DNA of 46,955 nt, from the IMG/VR virus record IMGVR_UViG_643348547_000013; one strand, written 5' to 3'. The notes under the pieces were generated by a model. It worked only from the letters and a program-made list of their open reading frames with translations. It searched no databases and had not been told where the DNA came from. Shown in pieces: positions 38,181-46,955 of the stretch. Origin of the DNA: a virus (taxonomy: Duplodnaviria > Heunggongvirae > Uroviricota > Caudoviricetes). Numbering within the stretch: the stretch's first letter is position 1; each line of letters begins with the position of its first letter. The position numbers and the translations under genes were made by a program.

Positions 38181-41100
38181 ATGGGTAAAGGCAGCAGTAA
38201 GGGGCATACCCCGCGCGAAGCGAAGGACAACCTGAAATCCACGCAGTTGCTGAGTGTGATTGATGCCATCAGTGAAGGGCCGATTGAAGGTCCGGTGGAT
38301 GGATTAAAAAGCGTGCTGCTGAACAGTACGCCGGTGCTGGACACTGAGGGGAATACCAACATCTCCGGTGTCACGGTGGTGTTCCGGGCAGGTGAGCAGG
38401 AGCAGACTCCGCCGGAGGGATTTGAATCCTCCGGCTCCGAGACGGTGCTGGGTACGGAAGTGAAATATGACACGCCGATCACCCGGGCCATCACGTCGGC
38501 AAACATTGACCGACTGCGTTTTACCTTCGGCGTGCAGGCACTGGTGGAAACCACCTCAAAGGGGGACAGGAATCCGTCGGAAGTCCGCCTGCTGGTTCAG
38601 ATACAACGTAACGGTGGCTGGGTGACGGAAAAAGACATCACCATTAAAGGCAAAACCACCTCACAGTATCTGGCCTCGGTGGTGGTGGGTAACCTGCCGC
38701 CGCGCCCGTTCAATATCCGGATGCGCAGGATGACGCCGGACAGCACCACAGACCAGCTGCAGAACAAAACGCTCTGGTCGTCATACACCGAAATCATCGA
38801 TGTGAAACAGTGCTACCCGAACACGGCACTGGTCGGCGTGCAGGTGGACTCGGAGCAGTTCGGCAGCCAGCAGGTGAGCCGTAATTATCATCTTCGCGGG
38901 CGCATTCTGCAGGTGCCGTCGAACTATAACCCGCAGACGCGGCAATACAGCGGTATCTGGGACGGAACGTTTAAGCCAGCATACAGCAACAACATGGCAT
39001 GGTGTCTGTGGGATATGCTGACCCACCCGCGCTACGGCATGGGGAAACGTCTTGGTGCGGCGGATGTGGACAAATGGGCGCTGTATGTCATCGGCCAGTA
39101 CTGCGACCAGTCAGTGCCGGACGGCTTTGGCGGCACGGAGCCGCGCATCACCTGTAATGCGTACCTGACCACACAGCGCAAGGCGTGGGATGTGCTCAGT
39201 GATTTCTGCTCGGCGATGCGCTGTATGCCGGTATGGAACGGGCAGACGCTGACGTTCGTGCAGGACCGACCGTCGGATAAGGTGTGGACCTATAACCGCA
39301 GTAATGTGGTGATGCCGGATGATGGCGCGCCGTTCCGCTACAGCTTCAGCGCCCTGAAGGACCGCCATAATGCCGTTGAGGTGAACTGGATTGACCCGGA
39401 TAACGGCTGGGAGACGGCGACAGAGCTTGTGGAGGACACGCAGGCCATTGCCCGTTACGGTCGTAACGTCACGAAGATGGATGCCTTTGGCTGTACCAGT
39501 CGGGGGCAGGCACACCGCGCCGGGCTGTGGCTGATTAAAACAGAACTGCTGGAAACGCAGACCGTGGACTTCAGCGTGGGTGCTGAAGGGCTTCGCCATG
39601 TTCCGGGCGATGTCATTGAAATCTGTGATGATGACTATGCCGGTATCAGCACCGGTGGTCGCGTGCTGGCGGTGAACAGCCAGACCCGGACGCTGACGCT
39701 CGACCGTGAAATCACGCTGCCATCCTCCGGTACCACGCTGATAAGCCTGGTTGACGGAAGTGGCAATCCGGTCAGCGTGGAGGTTCAGTCCGTCACCGAC
39801 GGCGTGAAGGTGAAAGTGAGCCGTATTCCTGACGGCGTTGCCGGATACAGCGTGTGGGGGCTGAAGCTGCCGACGCTGCGCCAGCGCCTGTTCCGCTGTG
39901 TGAGTATCCGGGAGAACGATGACGGTGCGTATGCCATCACCGCCGTGCAGCATGTACCGGAAAAAGAGGCCATCGTGGATAACGGAGCGCACTTTGACGG
40001 CGACCAGAGCGGCACGGTGAATGGTGTCACGCCGCCAGCGGTGCAGCACCTGACCGCCGAAGTCACCGCAGACAGCGGGGAATATCAGGTGCTGGCGCGC
40101 TGGGACACGCCGAAGGTGGTGAAGGGCGTGAGCTTCCTGCTCCGTCTGACCGTAACAGCGGATGACGGCAGTGAGCGGCTGGTCAGCACGGCCCGGACGG
40201 CGGAAACCACTTACCGCTTCAGGCAGCTGGCGCTGGGGCGTTACACGCTGACGGTCCGGGCGGTAAATGCCCGGGGACAGCAGGGCGATCCGGCGTCGGT
40301 ATCGTTCCGGATTAACGCACCTGCAAAACCCGCCACCATTGAGCTGACGCCGGGGTATTTTCAGATAACGGCGGTCCCGCGTCTTGCGGTGTATGACCCG
40401 ACGGTACAGTTTGAATTCTGGTTCTCAGAAAAACGCATCACGAACACAGCACAGGTGGAAAAATCTGCCCGTTATCTGGGGACCGGCAGTCAGTGGACTG
40501 TCCAGGGGAGCCGGATTAAGCCGGGGACGGATTTCTGGTTTTACGTGCGCAGCGTCAACCTGGTGGGAAAATCTGCTTTTGTGGAAGCCAGCGGGCAGCC
40601 CAGCAATGATGGTGAAGGGTATCTGGAAATTTTCCGGGGGCTGATAGATGAGACGCTTCTGGGCCAGGCACTGAAAGAGCGCATTGATGCTTCAGCGCTG
40701 CGTACGGAGGTCACGCAACTGGAAGAAGACATCCGTCAGCGGATGGACACGGATATCGCAGAAGTGACCCGGAAAATCGGGGAGGCGGAAAACAGCCTCA
40801 CGCAGCTGGTTGCGAAAAAGAATGAGGACCAGACACTGGCCATCGCGCAGGTGAGCCAGAAAGTGGACCGGGTGAGCAGTGAAATCTCACAGACTGTCAG
40901 CCAGGGGCAGTCAGAAAATGCCCGACAGATAGCACAGGTCCGCCAGTACGTGGATAAAAAAGGGAGTGAAATTACCTCGACCACGGATAAAAAACTGGGT
41001 GACCAGGCCGTGACCATACAGCAAATCCAGCGGGTTCAGTCAGACACGCGCAATGAGCTGAATGCCATGTATATGCTGAAGGTGCAGAAAACAAAAAACG

Positions 41101-41879
41101 GTATTCCCTATGTGGCCGGGATTGGTGCGGGGATTGAGGATGTTGATGGTCAGACGCTGAGCAGTATTCTGCTGCAGGCGGACCGTATCGCGATGATTAC
41201 CCCGGAGAATGGCAACACCACGCCGCTGTTTGTGGCGCAGGGGAATCAGCTGTTCATGAACGACGTGTTCCTGAAGCGACTGTTTGCGGTGAGCATCACG
41301 TCATCCGGCAATCCTCCTACGTTTTCCCTGACGCCGGATGGCAGGCTGACAGCCCGCAATGCGGATATCAGTGGAGCCATCACGGCGAATACCGGCACGC
41401 TCAATAATGTCACCATTAACGAGAACTGTGTCATCAGAGGGAAACTGTCTGCAAACCAGATTGAAGGCGATCTCGTTAAAACAGTGGGTAAGGCTTTCCC
41501 CCGTGACTCCCGTGCACCGAAGCGTTGGCCATCAGGAACCATTACCGTCAGGGTTTATGACGATCAGCCGTTTAACCGGCAGATTGTTATTCCGGCGGTG
41601 GCTTTCAGCGGTGCCAGACATGAGCGGGAGAACAGCGATACTTATTCGTCATGCCGCCTGATAGTGAAGAAAAACGGTGCTGAAATTTATAACCGTACCG
41701 CGATGGATAATACGCTGGTTTACAGTGGTGTTATTGATATGCCTGCTGGTCGCGGCCACATGACGCTGGAGTTTTCTGTATCAGCATGGTGGGTAAATGG
41801 CTGGTATCCCACAGCAAGTATCAGCGATTTGCTGGTTGTTGTGATGAAGAAAGCCACTGCAGGCATCACGATTAGCTGA
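38181..41879 (+). CDS. J: host-specificity / central tail fibre protein J
   Basis: 1232-aa ORF downstream of I, lambda gpJ-like. Confidence 0.9.
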   Translation: MGKGSSKGHTPREAKDNLKSTQLLSVIDAISEGPIEGPVDGLKSVLLNSTPVLDTEGNTNISGVTVVFRAGEQEQTPPEGFESSGSETVLGTEVKYDTPITRAITSANIDRLRFTFGVQALVETTSKGDRNPSEVRLLVQIQRNGGWVTEKDITIKGKTTSQYLASVVVGNLPPRPFNIRMRRMTPDSTTDQLQNKTLWSSYTEIIDVKQCYPNTALVGVQVDSEQFGSQQVSRNYHLRGRILQVPSNYNPQTRQYSGIWDGTFKPAYSNNMAWCLWDMLTHPRYGMGKRLGAADVDKWALYVIGQYCDQSVPDGFGGTEPRITCNAYLTTQRKAWDVLSDFCSAMRCMPVWNGQTLTFVQDRPSDKVWTYNRSNVVMPDDGAPFRYSFSALKDRHNAVEVNWIDPDNGWETATELVEDTQAIARYGRNVTKMDAFGCTSRGQAHRAGLWLIKTELLETQTVDFSVGAEGLRHVPGDVIEICDDDYAGISTGGRVLAVNSQTRTLTLDREITLPSSGTTLISLVDGSGNPVSVEVQSVTDGVKVKVSRIPDGVAGYSVWGLKLPTLRQRLFRCVSIRENDDGAYAITAVQHVPEKEAIVDNGAHFDGDQSGTVNGVTPPAVQHLTAEVTADSGEYQVLARWDTPKVVKGVSFLLRLTVTADDGSERLVSTARTAETTYRFRQLALGRYTLTVRAVNARGQQGDPASVSFRINAPAKPATIELTPGYFQITAVPRLAVYDPTVQFEFWFSEKRITNTAQVEKSARYLGTGSQWTVQGSRIKPGTDFWFYVRSVNLVGKSAFVEASGQPSNDGEGYLEIFRGLIDETLLGQALKERIDASALRTEVTQLEEDIRQRMDTDIAEVTRKIGEAENSLTQLVAKKNEDQTLAIAQVSQKVDRVSSEISQTVSQGQSENARQIAQVRQYVDKKGSEITSTTDKKLGDQAVTIQQIQRVQSDTRNELNAMYMLKVQKTKNGIPYVAGIGAGIEDVDGQTLSSILLQADRIAMITPENGNTTPLFVAQGNQLFMNDVFLKRLFAVSITSSGNPPTFSLTPDGRLTARNADISGAITANTGTLNNVTINENCVIRGKLSANQIEGDLVKTVGKAFPRDSRAPKRWPSGTITVRVYDDQPFNRQIVIPAVAFSGARHERENSDTYSSCRLIVKKNGAEIYNRTAMDNTLVYSGVIDMPAGRGHMTLEFSVSAWWVNGWYPTASISDLLVVVMKKATAGITIS

Positions 41880-41946
41880 ATTTTATAACCCCAATACGGG
41901 CGCCAGAAATGGTGCCTTTTTTATTGCAGAAAAGCGAGAGGTAATT

Positions 41947-42546
41947 ATGCGTAAATTATGTGCTGTTATTCTGTCCGCAGTAGTCTGGCTGGTTGCCGCT
42001 GGTACGCCAGTGAGCGCAGCAGAGCATCAGTCCACACTAAGCGCCGGGTATCTTCAGACCCACACTGATATGCCAGGCAGCGATGATCTGAACGGGATTA
42101 ACGTGAAATACCGTTATGAATTTACGGACACGCTGGGGCTGGTGACGTCATTCAGTTATGCCAATGCCAAAGATGAGCAAAAAACGCATTACAGCGATAC
42201 CCGCTGGCATGAAGATTCCGCGCGTAACCGCTGGTTCAGCGTGATGGCGGGGCCGTCTGTGCGCGTGAATGAATGGTTCAGTGCTTATGCGATGGCAGGT
42301 GTGGCTTACAGCCGTGTGTCGACTTTCTCCGGGGATTATCTCCGCGTAACTGACAACAAGGGGAAAACGCACGACGTGCTGACCGGAAGTGATGACGGTC
42401 GCCACAGCAACACGTCTCTGGCGTGGGGAGCTGGCGTGCAGTTTAACCCGACCGAATCCGTGGCCATTGACCTTGCTTATGAAGGCTCCGGCAGTGGCGA
42501 CTGGCGAACGGATGCATTTATTGTTGGTATCGGATACCGTTTCTGA
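41947..42546 (+). CDS. lom: Lom-like outer-membrane protein (Ail/Lom family)
   Basis: Signal peptide and beta-barrel pattern ending in aromatic residue. Confidence 0.85.
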   Translation: MRKLCAVILSAVVWLVAAGTPVSAAEHQSTLSAGYLQTHTDMPGSDDLNGINVKYRYEFTDTLGLVTSFSYANAKDEQKTHYSDTRWHEDSARNRWFSVMAGPSVRVNEWFSAYAMAGVAYSRVSTFSGDYLRVTDNKGKTHDVLTGSDDGRHSNTSLAWGAGVQFNPTESVAIDLAYEGSGSGDWRTDAFIVGIGYRF

Positions 42547-42697
42547 CAACAGACGCCGATTTATCTTCTGTAAATATTGTTATGATACGCAGGTTCATCC
42601 ACCTTATGGGGTGAACTGCGTTTGAGGAAACGTAAAGTTACACTGTCCTGAAGCCCGTGGCGTCACTGCTGCGGGCTTTTTTTATTGGTGGAAAAGT

Positions 42698-44755
42698 ATG
42701 ACAGTAAAAATTTCTGGCGTGCTTAAAGATGGCACAGGAAAACCAGTACAGAACTGCACCATTGTGCTGAAGGCCAGACGGACCAGCAGCACGGTGGTGG
42801 TGAACACGGTGGCCTCTGAAAATCCGGATGAAGCCGGGCGTTACAGCATGGATGTTGAGTATGGCCAGTACAGCGTCACCCTGCTGGTTGAAGGTTTTCC
42901 GCCTTCACATGCCGGGACCATTACCGTCTATGAAGGTTCCAGACCAGGTACGCTGAATGATTTTCTCGGTGCCATGACGGAGGATGATGTTCGTCCGGAG
43001 GCACTGCGCCGTTTTGAGCTGATGGTGAATGAAGTGGCACGTCATGCCGGAGCATCATCACAGAGCGCAGCGGCAGCAAAGAAATCCGAAACTGCAGCGG
43101 CATCATCGAAGAACGCGGCGAAAACCTCAGAAACGAATGCAGCTAACAGCGCACAGGCGGCAGCGGCCTCGCAGACTGCATCGGCAAACTCCGCGACAGC
43201 AGCCAAAAAATCAGAAACCAGCGCGAAAAATAGCGAGACAGCCACAAAGGCCAGCGAAAAAAACGCAAAATCCAGCCAGACGGCAGCGAAAACCAGTGAG
43301 ACGAATGCCAAAGACAGTGAAGCCAACGCAAAGGTGAGCGAAACAGCGGCGGCGAACTCGGCGAAAGCATCGGCAGCAAGCCAGACGGCAGCAAAAGCAA
43401 GTGAAGATGCTGCCAGAGAATACGCAAACCAGACAGCAGAGCCGTACAGATATGTTTTACAGCCGCTGCCGGATGTGTGGATACCCTTTAATGATTCGCT
43501 GGATATGATTACGGGCTATTCTCCGGGTTATAAAAAAGTGAAGATTGGTGATAATGTGGTTCAGGTTGCCAGTGATAAACAGGTTAATTTCAGTCGCGCA
43601 TCAACGGCAACATATATCAACAAATCTGGCGAACTGAAAACGGCGGAAATTAATGAGCCACGATTTGAAAAAGAAGGTTTATTGATTGAAGGTCAGCGAA
43701 CCAACTACATGTTGAATTCAGCAACTCCAGCTTCTTGGGGTAAATCTGCAAATATGAATGTCGCTGAGGTTGGAACTGATAGTTTTGGTTTTACTTATGG
43801 AAAGTTTGTTTGTAATGAATCATTAATTGGGCAAAGTACAACCCTTAATATGGCAGTAGTTTCAACCTCGGGGGCTGTCGATGTATCAGGCGATAATAAG
43901 TGTGTGACGACATCGTGCAGATTTAAAACGGATTTGGAACTCCTGTTAAGGATCAGGTTTGAAGCCTTCGATGGCAGCGCTTCATCTAATCTTGGATATG
44001 CCATTGTTAATACGCGGTCTTTATTGGTTGAAATCACCGGTGTAGCTGCCGACAGGCTCACCGCACGAGTTAGCAAAGATGAAGCTACGGGCTGGATTTT
44101 TGTAGAGGCAACGATTCAAGCAAGTAAAGAAACTTACATAACCTCTGCAATACAATACGCACCAAAATCTGGTGGCGTCGTTGAATCTGGTGACTATATT
44201 TATCTGGCCACTCCTCAGGTTGAGGATGGTTCGTGTGTATCATCTTTTATTATATCAGGAACGACGGCGGCGACGCGCGCAAGCGATATGGTGACAGTTC
44301 CGATTAAGAATAATCTTTATAATCTTCCTTTTACGGTTCTTTGTGAGGTACATAAGAACTGGTATAAAACGCCAAATGCAGCACCGCGTGTTTTTGACAC
44401 ATACCGGCATCAGGCAGATGCGGGGATCGTAATGGGGTTTGGTTCATCAGGTGGGTACGACGGTTTTCCGTATTGTGATATAGGTGGTTCAAACCGACGA
44501 ATAAATGAAAATGCCGGGCTGGAAAAAATGCTTATTGGTATGCGGGTAAAGTCCGAACGGTCCACATGTGTAGTCAGTAACGGTAAGTTAAGCAGCGAAA
44601 CTAAAACCAAATGGGAATATATCCGGAGTACAGCAACCATTCGCATTGGTGGACAAACTACAGCAGGATTACGCCATTTATTTGGGCATGTGAGGAATTT
44701 TCGTCTCTGGCATAAAGAGCTAACAGATGCGCAGCTTGGGGAGGTTGTGGAGTGA
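42698..44755 (+). CDS. stf: side tail fibre protein with non-lambda C-terminal receptor-binding domain
   Basis: N-terminus MTVKISGVLKDGTGKPVQNCTI recalled from lambda Stf; Ala/Ser/Lys repeat shaft; C-terminal third is lower-GC and ends in a LamG/ConA-lectin-like signature. Confidence 0.8.
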   Translation: MTVKISGVLKDGTGKPVQNCTIVLKARRTSSTVVVNTVASENPDEAGRYSMDVEYGQYSVTLLVEGFPPSHAGTITVYEGSRPGTLNDFLGAMTEDDVRPEALRRFELMVNEVARHAGASSQSAAAAKKSETAAASSKNAAKTSETNAANSAQAAAASQTASANSATAAKKSETSAKNSETATKASEKNAKSSQTAAKTSETNAKDSEANAKVSETAAANSAKASAASQTAAKASEDAAREYANQTAEPYRYVLQPLPDVWIPFNDSLDMITGYSPGYKKVKIGDNVVQVASDKQVNFSRASTATYINKSGELKTAEINEPRFEKEGLLIEGQRTNYMLNSATPASWGKSANMNVAEVGTDSFGFTYGKFVCNESLIGQSTTLNMAVVSTSGAVDVSGDNKCVTTSCRFKTDLELLLRIRFEAFDGSASSNLGYAIVNTRSLLVEITGVAADRLTARVSKDEATGWIFVEATIQASKETYITSAIQYAPKSGGVVESGDYIYLATPQVEDGSCVSSFIISGTTAATRASDMVTVPIKNNLYNLPFTVLCEVHKNWYKTPNAAPRVFDTYRHQADAGIVMGFGSSGGYDGFPYCDIGGSNRRINENAGLEKMLIGMRVKSERSTCVVSNGKLSSETKTKWEYIRSTATIRIGGQTTAGLRHLFGHVRNFRLWHKELTDAQLGEVVE

Positions 44756-45030
44756 GAGATTTCACGTTGCGTTTCAGTGATAAAGCAGATTTCAGGGCAT
44801 TTCTCAGGAAACTTAACTGGGAAGAGGACGAAGAGCTGCAGAATGCCGTTCTGGTTGATGAGATTGGTTTTACGTTCAGGGAGACAGATGTTTCTGATGA
44901 CGGAGAACCAGAATACACGCGAAACGAAGGGTACTTTGTTAATATCCGTCTTCTTGACGATGGATTTGATGATTCCGTGTTCCGTGAGTGGGTGGTTACA
45001 CCAGAGCGCCCGCTCAGGGAGTGGTTTTAA
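44752..45030 (+). CDS. hypothetical acidic protein
   Basis: 92-aa ORF (GTG start overlapping stf stop); no family recognised. Confidence 0.4.
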   Translation: MRDFTLRFSDKADFRAFLRKLNWEEDEELQNAVLVDEIGFTFRETDVSDDGEPEYTRNEGYFVNIRLLDDGFDDSVFREWVVTPERPLREWF

Positions 45031-45039
45031 GGATAGCAG

Positions 45040-45333
45040 ATGGATATCACGTCGATACTTCATGCGCTTTGTGCCGTGGCGGTGCAGGTACTGGCTGGTC
45101 TTTTTACCGGAAACTGGGCTTACGGGGCGATAGCTGGTTGTACGTTCTTCATTGCGCGTGAACACACCCAGGCAGAATATCGCTGGATTGAAATGTTCGG
45201 GCATGGCAAGCGAATGAATATGCCGTGGTGGGGCGGTTTTGATCCGCGCGCGTGGGATGTGGCAAGCCTGATGGATTTTGCTGTGCCGGTGGTGGCGTGT
45301 CTGCTGGTCTGGCTGTTGGTTAATCGTGGGTGA
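45040..45333 (+). CDS. hypothetical small membrane protein (two predicted TM helices)
   Basis: 97-aa ORF with hydrophobic N- and C-terminal segments. Confidence 0.45.
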   Translation: MDITSILHALCAVAVQVLAGLFTGNWAYGAIAGCTFFIAREHTQAEYRWIEMFGHGKRMNMPWWGGFDPRAWDVASLMDFAVPVVACLLVWLLVNRG

Positions 45334-45343
45334 AAAAAGGTGA

Positions 45344-45472
45344 GCTGTATATGCAACGGAGGAAGAAACTCCGTTGCTGGAAGCCTGGAAGAAGTATCGG
45401 GTGTTGCTGAACCGTGTTGATACATCAACTGCACCTGATATTGAGTGGCCTGCGGTCCCTGTTATGGAGTAA
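45344..45472 (+). pseudogene. tfa: 3' remnant of tail fibre assembly gene tfa
   Basis: Frame encodes ...[40 protein letters not shown], matching the conserved Tfa C-terminus; in-frame stop at 45341-45343 and no start codon. Confidence 0.7.
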
Positions 45473-45584
45473 TCGTTTTGTGATATGCCGCAGCAACTTG
45501 TCATGGCAGGATACTGCGGCTGATTTGTGAATTTAAATAGTGTGTTTATTGCTTTATATATAAAGGATTTAATGGATTACATAT

Positions 45585-46955
45585 CTATGATATCCCTGAA
45601 ATGTCCTCTTCAAGCTCTTTTACTGATTTCGCAATTTTAAATTTAAATTTTCTCTCTATTTCACTATTGCTAAGTTTTTTTTCATTCTCTTTCCCTATCC
45701 ACATAGAAACAATTTCTCGTTTCTGAGATATATGTAGATTGTCAAAGTTAGGTATGTATTTAAAAGTCTCCGCTCTACCCCTGCGGAGTTCATAGAAAGT
45801 TTTAATCAAAGACTTTGGTTTTATTTCTGATGAAAGGCCGAATCGGCGGATAAGATTATTGATCGTATGATTAACAGCTCGAAGTTGAGCTGTTGACGTT
45901 ATTTGTGAGAAGTACGATACCCATCCCAATCGTTTACCTTCAAACACACATCCCGTAATTCTAAGATTTAGTTTCCACTGACAATATGCAACAGCTCGTT
46001 CTTTATCGCGCTTATTTTTAGCTTGTAGTAGAGCGTGTCTATATGCAGTAAAAATTTTTGCTAAGGATGACTCAAATCTAAGAATGCTCTCATGTTTTAT
46101 CAATAATTCTCGATTTTTTATGTGGTAGCCCAAAAAGTTGAAACTTTCATCCAAGCTGCCTACTTTGGATTTTGAGTTCTCTTCATTTAATGGATGTGGG
46201 TTTAAATTTAATGATTGAAGCTTATCAATGATATGAGATGCAATTTTTGTTGCTTGATCTTTTTGCGTTAAAATAAGAATGTCATCAACGTATCGCATGT
46301 ACCATATGTCATGCATTTTATTGATTTCATTGTCGAAATCAGATAGTGATATTTCAGCTAAAATGTTTGATATTGCTAACCCCTGAGGTACTCCTCTGGT
46401 ATTATTAGGGACACCTTTGCTTCCTGTACTTCCACTTACAGTAGGCACGATTAATGATGATGTTATTAACTGCCTAATTTCTTTTTTTCTAATCTTATTT
46501 TTTATTGCATTAAATATCAATTTATGTTCAATTGAAGGATAGAAACTTTTGAGATCTATTTTTGCATATTCAGCATATAGATCGCTGTTTAATGCATTTT
46601 TCAATAAGTCAATTACTGTATGTGGTAGTTTTAATCTGGAGTTAGGATATATTTCTGTAAGGCATTCACAGAGAGCCCTAAGGGTAATTCTGTCCCTGGC
46701 AGTTGGTATGGAAATCTGTCTGGGGATAGAGTTAGCCCCTTTAGATATTAATTTTTCTTTATATGCTGTAAATTTATAATTTCCACAATTAACCTTTTCA
46801 AAAATAAAAGTGATCTCATTCTTTATTGTTAAATCAAGTTTTGATGGACGAATCCGATCTATGCCAATCGCTCCTGATTCTTTGATTTTTTCATTGTATA
46901 CTTTTAGAAGGTTTTTTTTCGAGAATGACTTTTTAAAAACTCTGCTTGCATTCAT
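45585..46955 (-). CDS. standalone reverse transcriptase (retron / Abi / DRT-like), family unresolved
   Basis: 456-aa AT-rich ORF with RT motifs in order: PRQISIPTARDRITLRAL, NALNS...KIDLKSFYPSI, PQGLAISNILAEI, YVDD (YMRYVDDILIL), FNFLGYHI, then a roughly 180-aa C-terminal extension; start codon sits at the window edge. Confidence 0.85.
   Translation of the reverse strand: MNASRVFKKSFSKKNLLKVYNEKIKESGAIGIDRIRPSKLDLTIKNEITFIFEKVNCGNYKFTAYKEKLISKGANSIPRQISIPTARDRITLRALCECLTEIYPNSRLKLPHTVIDLLKNALNSDLYAEYAKIDLKSFYPSIEHKLIFNAIKNKIRKKEIRQLITSSLIVPTVSGSTGSKGVPNNTRGVPQGLAISNILAEISLSDFDNEINKMHDIWYMRYVDDILILTQKDQATKIASHIIDKLQSLNLNPHPLNEENSKSKVGSLDESFNFLGYHIKNRELLIKHESILRFESSLAKIFTAYRHALLQAKNKRDKERAVAYCQWKLNLRITGCVFEGKRLGWVSYFSQITSTAQLRAVNHTINNLIRRFGLSSEIKPKSLIKTFYELRRGRAETFKYIPNFDNLHISQKREIVSMWIGKENEKKLSNSEIERKFKFKIAKSVKELEEDISGIS

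Noticed and set aside
43029-43427. Alternative-frame and antisense ORFs within the tail-fibre repeat region
   Set aside because: Artefacts of the Ala/Ser/Lys-rich repeat-coding sequence; the stf frame is continuous and has the recognised N-terminus.
44410-45504. 364-aa minus-strand ORF spanning the stf 3' end, the two small genes and the tfa remnant
   Set aside because: It lies antisense to several well-supported plus-strand features and its product is low-complexity with no start context; treated as a chance open frame.

Overview
This window is a near-complete mosaic lambdoid prophage in an Escherichia-type chromosome, inserted inside the 5' end of prfC (junction near 155), with attR lying beyond the right edge. 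Left to right: a P4/IntS-type integrase; an AT-rich 417-aa orphan gene; a leftward early operon (xis, PAPS-reductase-like, HD hydrolase, YfdQ/YfdP-like); a cI-type repressor with pL and a cro-side operator; a cro-like gene; a CII-like gene split by a complete IS629 with 3-bp target duplication; a replication gene with internal iterons; PerC-like, Dam-like MTase, LexA-DNA-binding-domain-only, RusA, KilA-N, DUF968 and Q genes; a lipoprotein moron between two identical terminators; an ISL3-family element with a passenger gene inserted seven codons into a second MTase; a phage-21-type lysis cassette; a lambda-like cos, terminase, portal, protease-capsid fusion and a lambda-like tail module (Z to J, lom, stf); a truncated tfa; and an AT-rich reverse transcriptase on the minus strand at the window edge. 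No rRNA, tRNA or CRISPR array was found. The candidates I consider most interesting are the standalone reverse transcriptase (45585-46955) and the AT-rich orphan gene beside the integrase (1782-3035); neither can be assigned to a family from sequence alone. All calls rest on reading the sequence and recalled protein families; no database search was run.
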